From an archaeon (GTDB lineage: Archaea > Asgardarchaeota > Thorarchaeia > Thorarchaeales > Thorarchaeaceae), in the NCBI GenBank assembly GCA_024276825.1, contig JAJRWI010000069.1:32001-96000 (forward strand): a stretch of 64,000 nucleotides of DNA, written 5' to 3'. Position 1 is the stretch's first letter; every line of letters begins with the position of its first letter. The position numbers and the translations under genes were made by a program. The notes below the pieces were generated by a model. That model saw nothing but the letters and a program-made list of their open reading frames with translations. It searched no databases and was not told where the DNA came from. Of this stretch, positions 17,417 to 27,377 are shown in pieces.

Positions 17417-19045
17417 TCACACCCCCTCCCCAATAGTTGCTTTCGATGTTGGCTTGCTGGATGGGTCGCTTTCTCTGTCATCTTCAACTGCACCTGCGTT
17501 TCTAATTTCGGCTAATACATCTTCAATACTGTCAAGTTCAGAGCCACCTTCAGATGCTGGTTGATCATCGGACATAGTTCCACCATTCTCTGTATCACTT
17601 GCCACAATGACTGGCAAATCGCCCTCCATCCAAGACCTAGTCTGGGCACTAATAGCTTGGATTGATTTCTCCTCGATGATGTCATCAGGGGTCTCCAGCT
17701 CTTCCTCAATTGCTTGCAGAGTATCTCGCAATGACCTGTCATTAAGAACATCATATACTCTATCACGAGCCTCAGGATCGATTAATCCTGCATTGAATAA
17801 TGAACAACTAATCTGGCCTATTATTGCAATGAGCCTTTTTTCAGTCAGGGGCGAAGTGAAATGAGAAGTGATATCGCTATAGATCAATGCAAGTTCTGCT
17901 TCTTCATTGCCATCAAGAGTATATAAAGTTCGGAAGAGACCCAAGAACTTGTCCAAGCCAGTATCGCCTGATGTACTGTGACTATCAATCAGGTTTGGCG
18001 CCGCAAACACACATTCATCTAGAATTGATGACAATAACAAAACAGTCCTCTCAATCTGTCCCGAGGATATTGACTCAGCTGATGAGATTAACAGCGGGGA
18101 TATTATGAAACTCATATCTCCTATGGCCTTCAGAATGGTCTTGTTGTTCGCAATTGCCTGATCAATGCGATAAGAATCAGATAGAGATGCAATGCATGTC
18201 AGTTCATCATTAAAGTTGTTCCAGAACGATGTGATGCGCTTACGGGAGTCCATTAGAAGCCAAGAGCCAAATGCACTGCTTGCAATTGCTGAAACAAGTG
18301 GAATGACGAATAAACTTGATCGATAGATAAATGCTGTAACCAGTGAGAGCAATCCAATTATGCCGAAGATGATTCCAAGAGCTCCATACCATCCCCTAGT
18401 TATTCCTGCTTTCAAATAGTCCCACTTTTCAGGAATAACATTTTCATAAAGATCAGATAGAAACGCTCTATTATCGCTGTTAATCGCCGGCACAAAGGTT
18501 TCTCTGTTGACAACTCTTCGAGAGTCAGTCAACCAAGAGAGATCAAAGGATGGTCTTACATCATCTATCACAACATAGACAGTCTTGGTCGGGTAAATGG
18601 CCGACCGCTTCATACTTTTGTTAGACACAAAGAGGGGGATTTTGACATTACCCAAGGGTATTCGGATTTTGAACTCATCGAGATTTATGTCCAAGTCCAC
18701 ATCAGATAATGTTTCATGAAGATTCCTGCTGATTACATCCAGCACCCTTGATTTCAGAGCAAGCACTGATCTACCGAATTGAGCTCTTTGAAGATCAAGC
18801 ACATATGTGATGTCAACATGCACTCCGCGTGTAGAAGGCATTCGGTTAAGCCTTACAGCAAGAATCAGCCCATTGTCATAAACGTTTACTCGATAGCCCA
18901 ATCGTTTTAATGATTCTTCAAGGTCATAGAGTTCGGTGTTTATGACCTCATTCTCATTTTCTAGGGCTTGGTCTTCATCAGCCCTTTCAGTTTTCTCTTT
19001 AATTTTCATTTTCAGAAGCCTCCAATTTTCCGAATCTTCTATCAA
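17417..19045 (-). CDS. Hypothetical membrane protein (2 central TM helices, acidic C-terminal tail)
   Basis: TM segments WYGALGIIFGIIGLLSLVTAFIY and LFVIPLVSAIASSAFGSWLL; 542-aa ORF within the operon. Confidence 0.7.
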   Translation of the reverse strand: MIEDSENWRLLKMKIKEKTERADEDQALENENEVINTELYDLEESLKRLGYRVNVYDNGLILAVRLNRMPSTRGVHVDITYVLDLQRAQFGRSVLALKSRVLDVISRNLHETLSDVDLDINLDEFKIRIPLGNVKIPLFVSNKSMKRSAIYPTKTVYVVIDDVRPSFDLSWLTDSRRVVNRETFVPAINSDNRAFLSDLYENVIPEKWDYLKAGITRGWYGALGIIFGIIGLLSLVTAFIYRSSLFVIPLVSAIASSAFGSWLLMDSRKRITSFWNNFNDELTCIASLSDSYRIDQAIANNKTILKAIGDMSFIISPLLISSAESISSGQIERTVLLLSSILDECVFAAPNLIDSHSTSGDTGLDKFLGLFRTLYTLDGNEEAELALIYSDITSHFTSPLTEKRLIAIIGQISCSLFNAGLIDPEARDRVYDVLNDRSLRDTLQAIEEELETPDDIIEEKSIQAISAQTRSWMEGDLPVIVASDTENGGTMSDDQPASEGGSELDSIEDVLAEIRNAGAVEDDRESDPSSKPTSKATIGEGV

Positions 19046-21209
19046 TCAACAGTTTCAATTGACGAGCATTCTCAGACACCTGTACTAGTCCACCATGTTG
19101 GGCTATGACAGATATGCAATACAGCAGCCACTTGGCATTCTCAAGAATGAATATCAGATCCCCATAGGAGATCGAGTACATCTTTGAGATGTCATGCAGG
19201 GGTATTGAAGTGGTTGCAACCTGCCCAATGAATTGTTCAAAATCAATCTCGAGCTTTTTGCCAGTTTCAAGTCGAGTCAAATGATGAACAAGCCAGAATA
19301 ATTGAGAGTTATTCTCGATGATTGGCAATATAACAATCATCTCACGAAAAGTATTCGTGCGTAAATAGAGTTTATTTACAAGACGTCCAAGATGAGTTGG
19401 TCTCAGTTTACCATCAATCGAACCCTCGACTAGACCCAACCTTATCAGACTTCTAGCTGGGCTTGATTCACTTAGCGCTAGGGGGATGATATAATTAGCA
19501 TTGTCGGGATGCTGTTGAACTGCGGACACACCAAGTGAAACCAGATGCGGGCAGAGAATGCCATTCTTCATTAACGGTTGTCCGCATGAGCAGGTTGGTC
19601 CTTCGATTAGATTATTGGAGGAGGTACGGATTGAGAATCTGCAAGTCACACTGCCTCCCGGAATGCCCGAAACCAGTCCCCCAATAACGGTGGGACTGAT
19701 CTCGCGAATCTCCACTCGTCCTAGAACACCCTCTTTTGCCGCTTTTAGAGTCGATGATATACTATGGCGTTCTATGGCCTTAATTGCAGTGATTTCACCA
19801 AGTTCGAGTATCCGAGATGGAGAGTTGATATCACGAACACTGGTAAATGCAAGAAATGAGTTTCCAAGAAAGCCATGTTCTATTGAGTCAAGAGTCGATT
19901 CACCAACAAAGTCAAGAGCGACGAGCAATTGGTCGGTGAGGTCATTTGCAATCTGACTGTGAATCTGTTCATATTTTGGAATCAGAATTATATTTCCTGC
20001 ATCATCCTGAACATTGTCAAAATATGACTCAACGATTCTTTGAGCTTCGCCCCTGCTGCCAGCAAGAATAATGCCAAAGCCCTTTAGATCCTTTCCAGGC
20101 CGTCCTGCTCTTCCCAGCATTTGATGAACAAGATTTGCAGGCAACAATTGAGTGCTGACACCAGGCTGGTTCACATTAGTAATCACAACTGTTCTTGCGG
20201 GCAGGTTCATTCCAGCAGCAAGAGTTGTAGTTGCGCTGATGACCTTAATGAGACCTCTTTCAAACAGGTCTTCAATAAATAAGCGAGTTTTGGAATTCAT
20301 TCCCGCATGATGGAATGCAACACCATCATGGATCAGTGGAGTCAAATCAGGAGCAATCTGAGAACCCCAATTAGACACACCACCGACTTCACTATCGAGC
20401 TCTATTTTTTCCCTACGGGTCAGTTGTCTGCCAACTTCATTAGCAATACGTTTCGCTGTTGCTTCGGCCTCTCGTCTGGTTCTGTTGAAGATTATCAATT
20501 GGCCATTGCTCTGAACGGTAGTCATTATGATTTCCCGAGCCAGACGGGTTCGGTCTGAAGTCGAAATGACCCTATTAACAAGTGGTACTGGTCGTTCTGT
20601 ATGAGTAATGAGCTTGCAGTCAAGCCATTCAGCAAGCTCATCTGGAGCAGCAATTGTTGCTGATAGCGCAATAATCTGAACATCCGATATTATACGTTTC
20701 AACCGAATAATCAGGCTTTCAAGACGTGATCCTCTCTTGCCTTGAGAGAGAGTCTGTATCTCATCAATCACAACTGCACCAATCTCAGATAGCCAAGAGG
20801 TTCTGTGGCGAAATAACGAGTCGGCCCTCTCATATGTCATCACTATGATGTCATTATCTGCCAGTTCATCACCATTCATGTAATAATCGCCCGTTGAGAG
20901 AGCAATCTTGATCTGCTCGCTGGCATACTTTGCCCATAGCTCATTAGCAATCTGTGTAGCCAATGCTCGTAATGGGACAAGGTAAATGCCTTTGGAACCG
21001 TCAATTACTGCACGCAACAGGGCCATTTCACCAATGAGGGTCTTGCCTGAACCAGTGGGAGAGCAAATCATTAGGCTCTCGCCATCAAGCACTCCTTCCT
21101 CAATCGCTCGCACCTGCACTCCTCTGGGAGTGACCCCTATTGTACTTAGTATTCTTTTGATCTCTTGAGCAGTGTCAATTACGGCCACCAACTCACACCC
21201 CTCCCTCAA
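18999..21209 (-). CDS. Hel308/HelQ (Ski2-like) SF2 helicase with inserted SWIM zinc finger
   Basis: SPTGSGKT, VPLRALA, DEIQ, LSAT, FHHAG, TLAAGMNLPAR, QMLGRAGR; CSCx10CPH SWIM motif. Confidence 0.9.
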   Translation of the reverse strand: MREGCELVAVIDTAQEIKRILSTIGVTPRGVQVRAIEEGVLDGESLMICSPTGSGKTLIGEMALLRAVIDGSKGIYLVPLRALATQIANELWAKYASEQIKIALSTGDYYMNGDELADNDIIVMTYERADSLFRHRTSWLSEIGAVVIDEIQTLSQGKRGSRLESLIIRLKRIISDVQIIALSATIAAPDELAEWLDCKLITHTERPVPLVNRVISTSDRTRLAREIIMTTVQSNGQLIIFNRTRREAEATAKRIANEVGRQLTRREKIELDSEVGGVSNWGSQIAPDLTPLIHDGVAFHHAGMNSKTRLFIEDLFERGLIKVISATTTLAAGMNLPARTVVITNVNQPGVSTQLLPANLVHQMLGRAGRPGKDLKGFGIILAGSRGEAQRIVESYFDNVQDDAGNIILIPKYEQIHSQIANDLTDQLLVALDFVGESTLDSIEHGFLGNSFLAFTSVRDINSPSRILELGEITAIKAIERHSISSTLKAAKEGVLGRVEIREISPTVIGGLVSGIPGGSVTCRFSIRTSSNNLIEGPTCSCGQPLMKNGILCPHLVSLGVSAVQQHPDNANYIIPLALSESSPARSLIRLGLVEGSIDGKLRPTHLGRLVNKLYLRTNTFREMIVILPIIENNSQLFWLVHHLTRLETGKKLEIDFEQFIGQVATTSIPLHDISKMYSISYGDLIFILENAKWLLYCISVIAQHGGLVQVSENARQLKLLIDRRFGKLEASENEN

Positions 21210-23493
21210 CTGTTAGCGCCTGACGAAGTGCCATGGTACCTTTCAGAGTAATGCGATAGTTCGAATAGTTCACTCCATTGAGAAACTCGTGTCCACGCAA
21301 GATCATGTTTGCCTGTTCCAGTTGAATAAGCAGGCTTTCAATATCATCAATCTCTACGCCACTAGTTTGAATGAACTTCTTGAGCGCCTCAACTGTGAGG
21401 GGCTCGTACCGTTCGAGAAGCTGTAGAACTTGAGCTGCAAGATTAGATCTCTCACCAGTGACAAATGCAAGTACACCTGATTCTGCCGCCATTGATGGTT
21501 GTTCTGAAGTTCCAATCATACTCAAGCGTCTGGACGTGATGTCTGACTCAGAGGGAGTGTGCAACTTTAATGGTGGACCAAGCTTTAAAGGAACACATGT
21601 ATCAGGGTTCGAATCTACGAGAAGTGCATGCTCCTTTTTCATGGTGCGCAGATAAGAGCTCTCACGTGATGATATTCGTGCCTTACTATGAATCGAGTCG
21701 ACCACCGACAGGCCTAACATATCAGACATGACCTTGATGTCTTGAGAACTCTTCAGCCTGAAGGCAAGGCAAGAACTGAACAGATCTAATAGATGTTGAA
21801 GTTCCGATGGATTTCTTATGCTTAACATTAGAGGGCCACGCCTGAGCATGTCAGTGATCAATCTATGAGTCCATAAACCCCGACTACGGTCATGCAGTTT
21901 CAGCAGAAGATTTAGAGGTTCGTCTAGAATTATTACGACATTCTTGTCCTTTGTGAGGGCTGATATCTTTATCATGAAAAGGTCCCATGCAAATGTGTCA
22001 AGTTCATTGGAGTTCAAGTCTATTAGCATGACAGTAAGTGGGAACTCGGTCAACTTAGCCATCTTTGCAGTCTGGATACCATAAAAGGCACGAGCCCCGA
22101 TTCCGCGATGGAGAACACGGACTGCCTCAAACCCATCAAGTGAGGCCCTGGAGGGAGAGTCATCCGCTGTTATCGTGGGTTGGTCTTCATTGTGGAGAAG
22201 AGTGATGTCTGCTACAGTTCCTCCGTTCAATGCCACAGCTCTGCTTAGGGCATCCTCAAAGTGTGATGCAGAACTGAGTGCTGAAGAGCATATCACTTCA
22301 AGTGCGGTTTTCAATCTGGGCACAAACTCGTGCCTTGGAATGTTCTCAGCATCAACGGGATTCAAGACAAAGTCTTTTCCCAGGGTCAGACCAAGTGAAT
22401 TGTTGGTCAATGATAATAGAGACATTGCTCTTCTGTTATTTGTCAAAATTATCACATGCTTTCCGGACCTCAATATCTGAGGAATCAAAAGACTGTAGGC
22501 ATGAAATCTATCAGACCACTCACCACCAGTAATTAGAACTCCATTCAAGAGGTCATCATCTGTGAAGCCTACTATAGGCCCAGTCTGCAATGTTTCGGGA
22601 TTGATTATCACACCCAATTGATAGTCGCACTGCTTGGCACGAACGGGCGAGATGAATTCGCCAGGAATATTGGCCCCCACTTCCGGAGCGAGTTCTGAAA
22701 CCAATTGAATGGTCCATTCTGATAACTCACGACCGAGAGCATAGAATCGTGGTGTACCATCTAATATCCTGCATTCATTCACCCATTTGGCAAGCCGCTT
22801 GCCGCTCATTCTCTTCAGCCCGTGCTCAGGAATGGAGCCTCGAACTGCAGAGTCAAAGTATCGAGTTTCGTTCTCATTCAATGTTTGACCAAGTATTGTA
22901 AGACCTGTCTTCCACAAACCACCCTTCGAAATAATGATGTCTGATGGTGCCCTATGAAAACGCCTACTAAAAAATGGCAGTGGAAAACGCTTCAGTTTAT
23001 TTCTGTTGACAATTACTGCATTGTTCTCAGGTACCAAAGAAACAGTGAATGAGAAGCCAGAACTTGTATCAAGTGCTCTAATAAGCTTGGACAGGTTTCC
23101 TGCTAGGCGGGGAGGTTGCTTAAGTTCTAGGCCAAGTAAAAGAGTCTGAGGACCTGCACCCTCGAACTCTACCTCTCTTTTTCTAGGACCAAGGAATATC
23201 TCAGACACTTTCAAGTTGCATAGGCCAGCCTCTTGAAGCTTGGACTCGTCAGACCTCATTCGAAGACTAAATAGAAACATAGTGATTGCAGTTGCAAATA
23301 ATAGGACAACAACATGATTTAATGTTATAAAGATGAAACTATAGATGGATGCTACAAGCAATAGATCGAAGAGTGGGTTGCTTCTGATTCGTCTATCGCA
23401 CAACCGAGCCTTTCCAGAGGGTCTTAGTTGCATCCTGCCCTCATAGGTTATCTCGTGAGTGTCTATCAATGACGAGTTCCATCTAGATATCAT
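21193..23493 (-). CDS. Membrane-anchored HerA/FtsK/VirB4-like P-loop protein with degenerate Walker A and C-terminal wHTH
   Basis: Two N-terminal TMs. GVLITGGEWSDR at the Walker A position, FVLNP motif, Walker B IILDEP, HerA-like 'CLAFRLKSSQDIKVMSDMLG'. C-terminal 'YRITLKG' wHTH. Confidence 0.65.
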   Translation of the reverse strand: MISRWNSSLIDTHEITYEGRMQLRPSGKARLCDRRIRSNPLFDLLLVASIYSFIFITLNHVVVLLFATAITMFLFSLRMRSDESKLQEAGLCNLKVSEIFLGPRKREVEFEGAGPQTLLLGLELKQPPRLAGNLSKLIRALDTSSGFSFTVSLVPENNAVIVNRNKLKRFPLPFFSRRFHRAPSDIIISKGGLWKTGLTILGQTLNENETRYFDSAVRGSIPEHGLKRMSGKRLAKWVNECRILDGTPRFYALGRELSEWTIQLVSELAPEVGANIPGEFISPVRAKQCDYQLGVIINPETLQTGPIVGFTDDDLLNGVLITGGEWSDRFHAYSLLIPQILRSGKHVIILTNNRRAMSLLSLTNNSLGLTLGKDFVLNPVDAENIPRHEFVPRLKTALEVICSSALSSASHFEDALSRAVALNGGTVADITLLHNEDQPTITADDSPSRASLDGFEAVRVLHRGIGARAFYGIQTAKMAKLTEFPLTVMLIDLNSNELDTFAWDLFMIKISALTKDKNVVIILDEPLNLLLKLHDRSRGLWTHRLITDMLRRGPLMLSIRNPSELQHLLDLFSSCLAFRLKSSQDIKVMSDMLGLSVVDSIHSKARISSRESSYLRTMKKEHALLVDSNPDTCVPLKLGPPLKLHTPSESDITSRRLSMIGTSEQPSMAAESGVLAFVTGERSNLAAQVLQLLERYEPLTVEALKKFIQTSGVEIDDIESLLIQLEQANMILRGHEFLNGVNYSNYRITLKGTMALRQALTVEGGV

Positions 23494-23780
23494 GGGCCCC
23501 TCCTAATCATCGATTGCGAGAGGATCTCAAGAATACGGCTGAAATGCCTTACATGATTCTCATCACCATCCCAGATGAACAGCTTGCGATGGATAATTGA
23601 GATTGAAGGCATATTATTCTTTGACGATTCTCCATGAGCGACAATTTTGGGTAGTTTAACCAGTACTCTCCAGCTATAACCATGACCTGATTGCAGTACT
23701 GACATCAGTTGATCAATGTCGAGAAATGGCGAGATATCAAGTGCTTCACTAGCATTTGACTTCAATCTCAACACCTCCAT
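23490..23780 (-). CDS. Small hypothetical protein
   Basis: 96-aa ORF; its stop overlaps the next ATG (ATGA). Confidence 0.55.
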   Translation of the reverse strand: MEVLRLKSNASEALDISPFLDIDQLMSVLQSGHGYSWRVLVKLPKIVAHGESSKNNMPSISIIHRKLFIWDGDENHVRHFSRILEILSQSMIRRGP

Positions 23781-24339
23781 TAACCATGAGCATCATCTGA
23801 TCGAGTGTGGCCTTAGTGATGGGAGTATGAGGATAAGCAGCTCTCATCGCACCCTCCAGAACATAAGACACAATCTCAATTTTCTTCACTAACGAGTCAA
23901 GAAACCTCCCCACCCCAAATATACGGGAAGTTCTTCCAATAACCATCATTCCAACGGTAGTACTCGAAGAGCTCATTGGTCTTACCACTACAAACCTGAG
24001 CTCAAACTTCGCCCAATCTTTGGCGTGAAGACTCATTGCCTCAAGAACCTTCGCTGAAGAATGTGACAGGTCTATGCCAATTGGTATACTACTGAATATC
24101 CGTGCGCTATATACTTCGATATGCCAAGGACGAAGATTTACCAGCATTTTGCCGCCCTTGTCCCAAAATATCACAGAACGACCGCCATGCTTCCTGTAGA
24201 TATAGGCCACTAGAAAGAGGCCAGTTAGTCCCAAGGAACTCTCAATAAGTCCCATTATACTGCTCAATATCAGAGAGCGGAGAAGTAATGCAGAAGCAAT
24301 AAAACCAAGTAGATATTTCGCAGAGAAAGTCCTCGACAT
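23749..24339 (-). CDS. Hypothetical membrane protein (2 N-terminal TMs)
   Basis: Hydrophobic N-terminus; start abuts the xpd stop. Confidence 0.65.
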   Translation of the reverse strand: MSRTFSAKYLLGFIASALLLRSLILSSIMGLIESSLGLTGLFLVAYIYRKHGGRSVIFWDKGGKMLVNLRPWHIEVYSARIFSSIPIGIDLSHSSAKVLEAMSLHAKDWAKFELRFVVVRPMSSSSTTVGMMVIGRTSRIFGVGRFLDSLVKKIEIVSYVLEGAMRAAYPHTPITKATLDQMMLMVNGGVEIEVKC

Positions 24340-26301
24340 TCATATCGACCCCCTGTTGCCGCTAATGAATGTTTCAATAGCAGACACCATCTCATCCTTA
24401 CTCTCAAAGGGCCAAATATCGGAGATAATGTCAGATCCGAAAACATTCAGATAATTGTGAAATCGTTTATCGAAGAGGATCACTATTCCTCTATCTGTGG
24501 GGCTACGCCGTAGGCGGCCAATTAGTTGAGCAACTCGGCGTATTGACGGGACTACTATGGAATAGTAATAGCCCGAACCAGATCCATACCGTTCGTCAAA
24601 CCATAACTGAAGTGCCCTATGAAAACTAGTAGGTGGAGAAAAGGGTATACCAACACCAATGATGAGGTTAATCTGTGATGAACCATCCTTTACTAGATCG
24701 ATACCCTCGCTGAACTTCCCGCCATAGACTGCGAAGATTGCATGCGGTGTTTCATCAACTGCCCTCCGCAGATCATCCAATTGTGCCTTGGGATCCTCTA
24801 CAATTCTGCTTCTGTGCCCGCAGTCAATGTTATAGCTGAGAACCTCATTCATTATTCTATAGCTTGGGAATGCAACCAGTGCGCTCTTATTAGCTGGAGT
24901 AGTCGTTAATGCAACGCTTATTCGTTCTGCAATGGCACGCCAGAGTTCAGAACCTCGTTCGGTATACTTGGTGGTCAAGTGCTTGTCAAGCAATACTAAT
25001 CGAGTTCCTTTCTCATAAGGGCTCGTGAGATGTGCTGTACGGGCACTTGGAATCCCAAGGAGTGATGCATAATGATTTAACGGATTAAGAGTGCCAGACA
25101 TCAAGAGAGCTGACCGGGCACCTCTCAGTATTGGTGTTGTGAATCCCATTGCATTAAGAGGACGGGCTTTTAACACTGCATTCTCAATTGAGACCGATCT
25201 ATCCCATGAACGTGATAGTTCTATTGTGATGTGCCAGTCATTACTCAGAGTCGCCCGATGTCCAGCCTGAAGAATATCAAACAATCGTTCCAGTGGAGTG
25301 CTCGAATACGACTCGCCATCCGTTGGATCAGAATTGTCTTGATTTCTATAGAGCAATTGAGCAAGCTCATCCATATCCACAAATCGGGGCAATATCTCCC
25401 AGCGATTAAGAGCATGTTCGTTCTTGTTCCGGATCTTGTCGAGATTCAGCATGAATGTTTCCCAGAGAAAATCAATGACATCGAATAGCCACGAGGCATT
25501 CGTAGTCACATCGAGAGCATCACGGTTCTCTTTCAACCATAGAAGATCCTTGCCTGAAATCTGGGCAGATTCTACCTCCAGAACATGATCAGCAAGGTTG
25601 TGTGCCTCATCAACAATGAGGTCTATGTCTGACAGATCGACATTTAGAGCCCTCAGAAACGCATTTCTAACTCGCTCTTGAAACAAGTATGAATAGGGAC
25701 CAATTACCACCCTGCTATTGCGTGCTGACCACCGAAGAACTTCGTAGGGACAATAGCCAGATGAGAATGAGAGGTTCTCAGCGGTTTCTTGGGTGACAAC
25801 GTCGCCATTCAAAGTATTGACAAGGTCATCCCTAGCGGACTCTCTGAGCTTCAGATTGCCTGAGTTCGAGTTCCCAATAAACATGTTATAATAATAGTTG
25901 CATTCACCTGAACGTATCATTGCAGCACAGCCACGGGTGAATCCTGCCACAGAAGTCTGCTGAATCTCAGCCTTCATAGGACAGACATGGATTCTCGAGA
26001 CCATGCTTGTTGCTGTCAGATGAAATGAGAGTTTCTTCGCTGCTTCTGTTTCATTCAACACACGAAGTTCGGACTCAAACACGCAGGCCTGAGAATGAGT
26101 TCGTGTGAGTACTATTAACTTGGACTCGGGATCATTTGCACGTGCTGCAAAGTAACCCGAGAGAACCGCAATTGTCTTGCCAACACCACAATCTGCTGAG
26201 AGCAAGCCCACTGTCTTCTGCTTAAATACCTGTGTGGCAAAGCGAATTGCATGGTCTTGATGAGGACGGGGTTTGTATGGAAACCATGCCATTGCATCCA
26301 T
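24340..26301 (-). CDS. xpd: XPD/Rad3/DinG-family Fe-S 5'-3' DNA helicase
   Basis: Q motif FPYKPRPHQ, DCGVGKT, four Cys (HVCP, RGCA, GECN, YCPY), DEAHNL, MSGTL, FSEGID, QLIGRLRR, LFDKRF. Confidence 0.93.
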   Translation of the reverse strand: MDAMAWFPYKPRPHQDHAIRFATQVFKQKTVGLLSADCGVGKTIAVLSGYFAARANDPESKLIVLTRTHSQACVFESELRVLNETEAAKKLSFHLTATSMVSRIHVCPMKAEIQQTSVAGFTRGCAAMIRSGECNYYYNMFIGNSNSGNLKLRESARDDLVNTLNGDVVTQETAENLSFSSGYCPYEVLRWSARNSRVVIGPYSYLFQERVRNAFLRALNVDLSDIDLIVDEAHNLADHVLEVESAQISGKDLLWLKENRDALDVTTNASWLFDVIDFLWETFMLNLDKIRNKNEHALNRWEILPRFVDMDELAQLLYRNQDNSDPTDGESYSSTPLERLFDILQAGHRATLSNDWHITIELSRSWDRSVSIENAVLKARPLNAMGFTTPILRGARSALLMSGTLNPLNHYASLLGIPSARTAHLTSPYEKGTRLVLLDKHLTTKYTERGSELWRAIAERISVALTTTPANKSALVAFPSYRIMNEVLSYNIDCGHRSRIVEDPKAQLDDLRRAVDETPHAIFAVYGGKFSEGIDLVKDGSSQINLIIGVGIPFSPPTSFHRALQLWFDERYGSGSGYYYSIVVPSIRRVAQLIGRLRRSPTDRGIVILFDKRFHNYLNVFGSDIISDIWPFESKDEMVSAIETFISGNRGSI

Positions 26302-26316
26302 TGCAGCGACAATCAG

Positions 26317-26934
26317 TCAGGCTCCCCCCATTCTAATGCATGACTCGGTACGATGCACTCTGAAACGTATTGAAAAATAGGAATATAGGAGATTATAGAA
26401 CTTCATTAATAATGTTGGTGAGTCATAGAATCGCTCTTTTCGAGCCATCCTCTCAACTATTCTCTTGCTAAATCCGTTCTTCTTTGCAGTTTCCCAGAAG
26501 TAGACCTCTATATCCTTCATTGTTGACAGATGATGGACGATTGTCTTCACTAGGAGATTAGTCAATAGTTCAATGGCCTTTCTTGCATTATGCGGTAAAT
26601 TAGATGCTCTTATGCTCATGGGCAAATAGACTGGTACACCATCAAGACTATCGTAATAAATCTCCCGTGGCACACCCTTGCTGCTTCGTAAGGTTTCCAG
26701 CAGTGAGAGTATTCTTGGAAGTTGGGGCAAGATTGGTTTTGATATGTCACGATCGCGCCACTCAATCTTCGTCAAGACGTGCAGCTCTGGGTCAGGCTCT
26801 TGTTCAGCATCAATTGCAAGTACAGTTATTCTATGATTAGTGTCTCTCAATTGAAGGTTAATCAGATTCAGAATTGAGATCCATGAGTGTGAAGTATCTC
26901 TTACAAATGCATCATGTTTCACCGCAACACTCAA
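26317..26934 (-). CDS. Hypothetical protein
   Basis: 205-aa ORF with 4-bp overlap to the upstream gene. Confidence 0.6.
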   Translation of the reverse strand: MSVAVKHDAFVRDTSHSWISILNLINLQLRDTNHRITVLAIDAEQEPDPELHVLTKIEWRDRDISKPILPQLPRILSLLETLRSSKGVPREIYYDSLDGVPVYLPMSIRASNLPHNARKAIELLTNLLVKTIVHHLSTMKDIEVYFWETAKKNGFSKRIVERMARKERFYDSPTLLMKFYNLLYSYFSIRFRVHRTESCIRMGGA

Positions 26935-27377
26935 ACAATCTCACCCCGCACAATTCCAATAAGATTATCATCCTTGAACAGGACTTCTTCCTCTATGAGT
27001 TTGTGAAGCATTTTACTTGACTTTGTAAGCGAGAATCCAAGAATGGTGGCCTCTCGTAGGACATCTTCAATGGGCACAGGCCAGCCACGGTTGAGTTCGA
27101 GCAGGGACTCGACAATCTCAATCAATGTTCGTCTTATCCCAAGACCATAGTGAATCTTGGGGGCTTTCCGTTCCCTCCTCTTCTGATGAACTAGGTCCCG
27201 GACCAGTTCTTCAGCTTCAATGGTTGTTGCAGCATAGAGTGTCCCAGGCTCGTCGATAATTACAGCGGAGCAGAGAGAACAGTGTGAAGACTCGTGCTCG
27301 TTCTCAATTCTTACAAAACCAATATTGTTGCATTTGGGACATTGATATACTCTGAACATTCCCCGCTCCTGATGCAT
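26931..27377 (-). CDS. Zn-ribbon plus winged-helix protein
   Basis: CPKC...CSLC; C-terminal PIEDVLREATILGFSLTKSSKMLHKLIEEEVLF resembles an MCM C-terminal-type WH; TAATG coupling to radA. Confidence 0.65.
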   Translation of the reverse strand: MHQERGMFRVYQCPKCNNIGFVRIENEHESSHCSLCSAVIIDEPGTLYAATTIEAEELVRDLVHQKRRERKAPKIHYGLGIRRTLIEIVESLLELNRGWPVPIEDVLREATILGFSLTKSSKMLHKLIEEEVLFKDDNLIGIVRGEIV

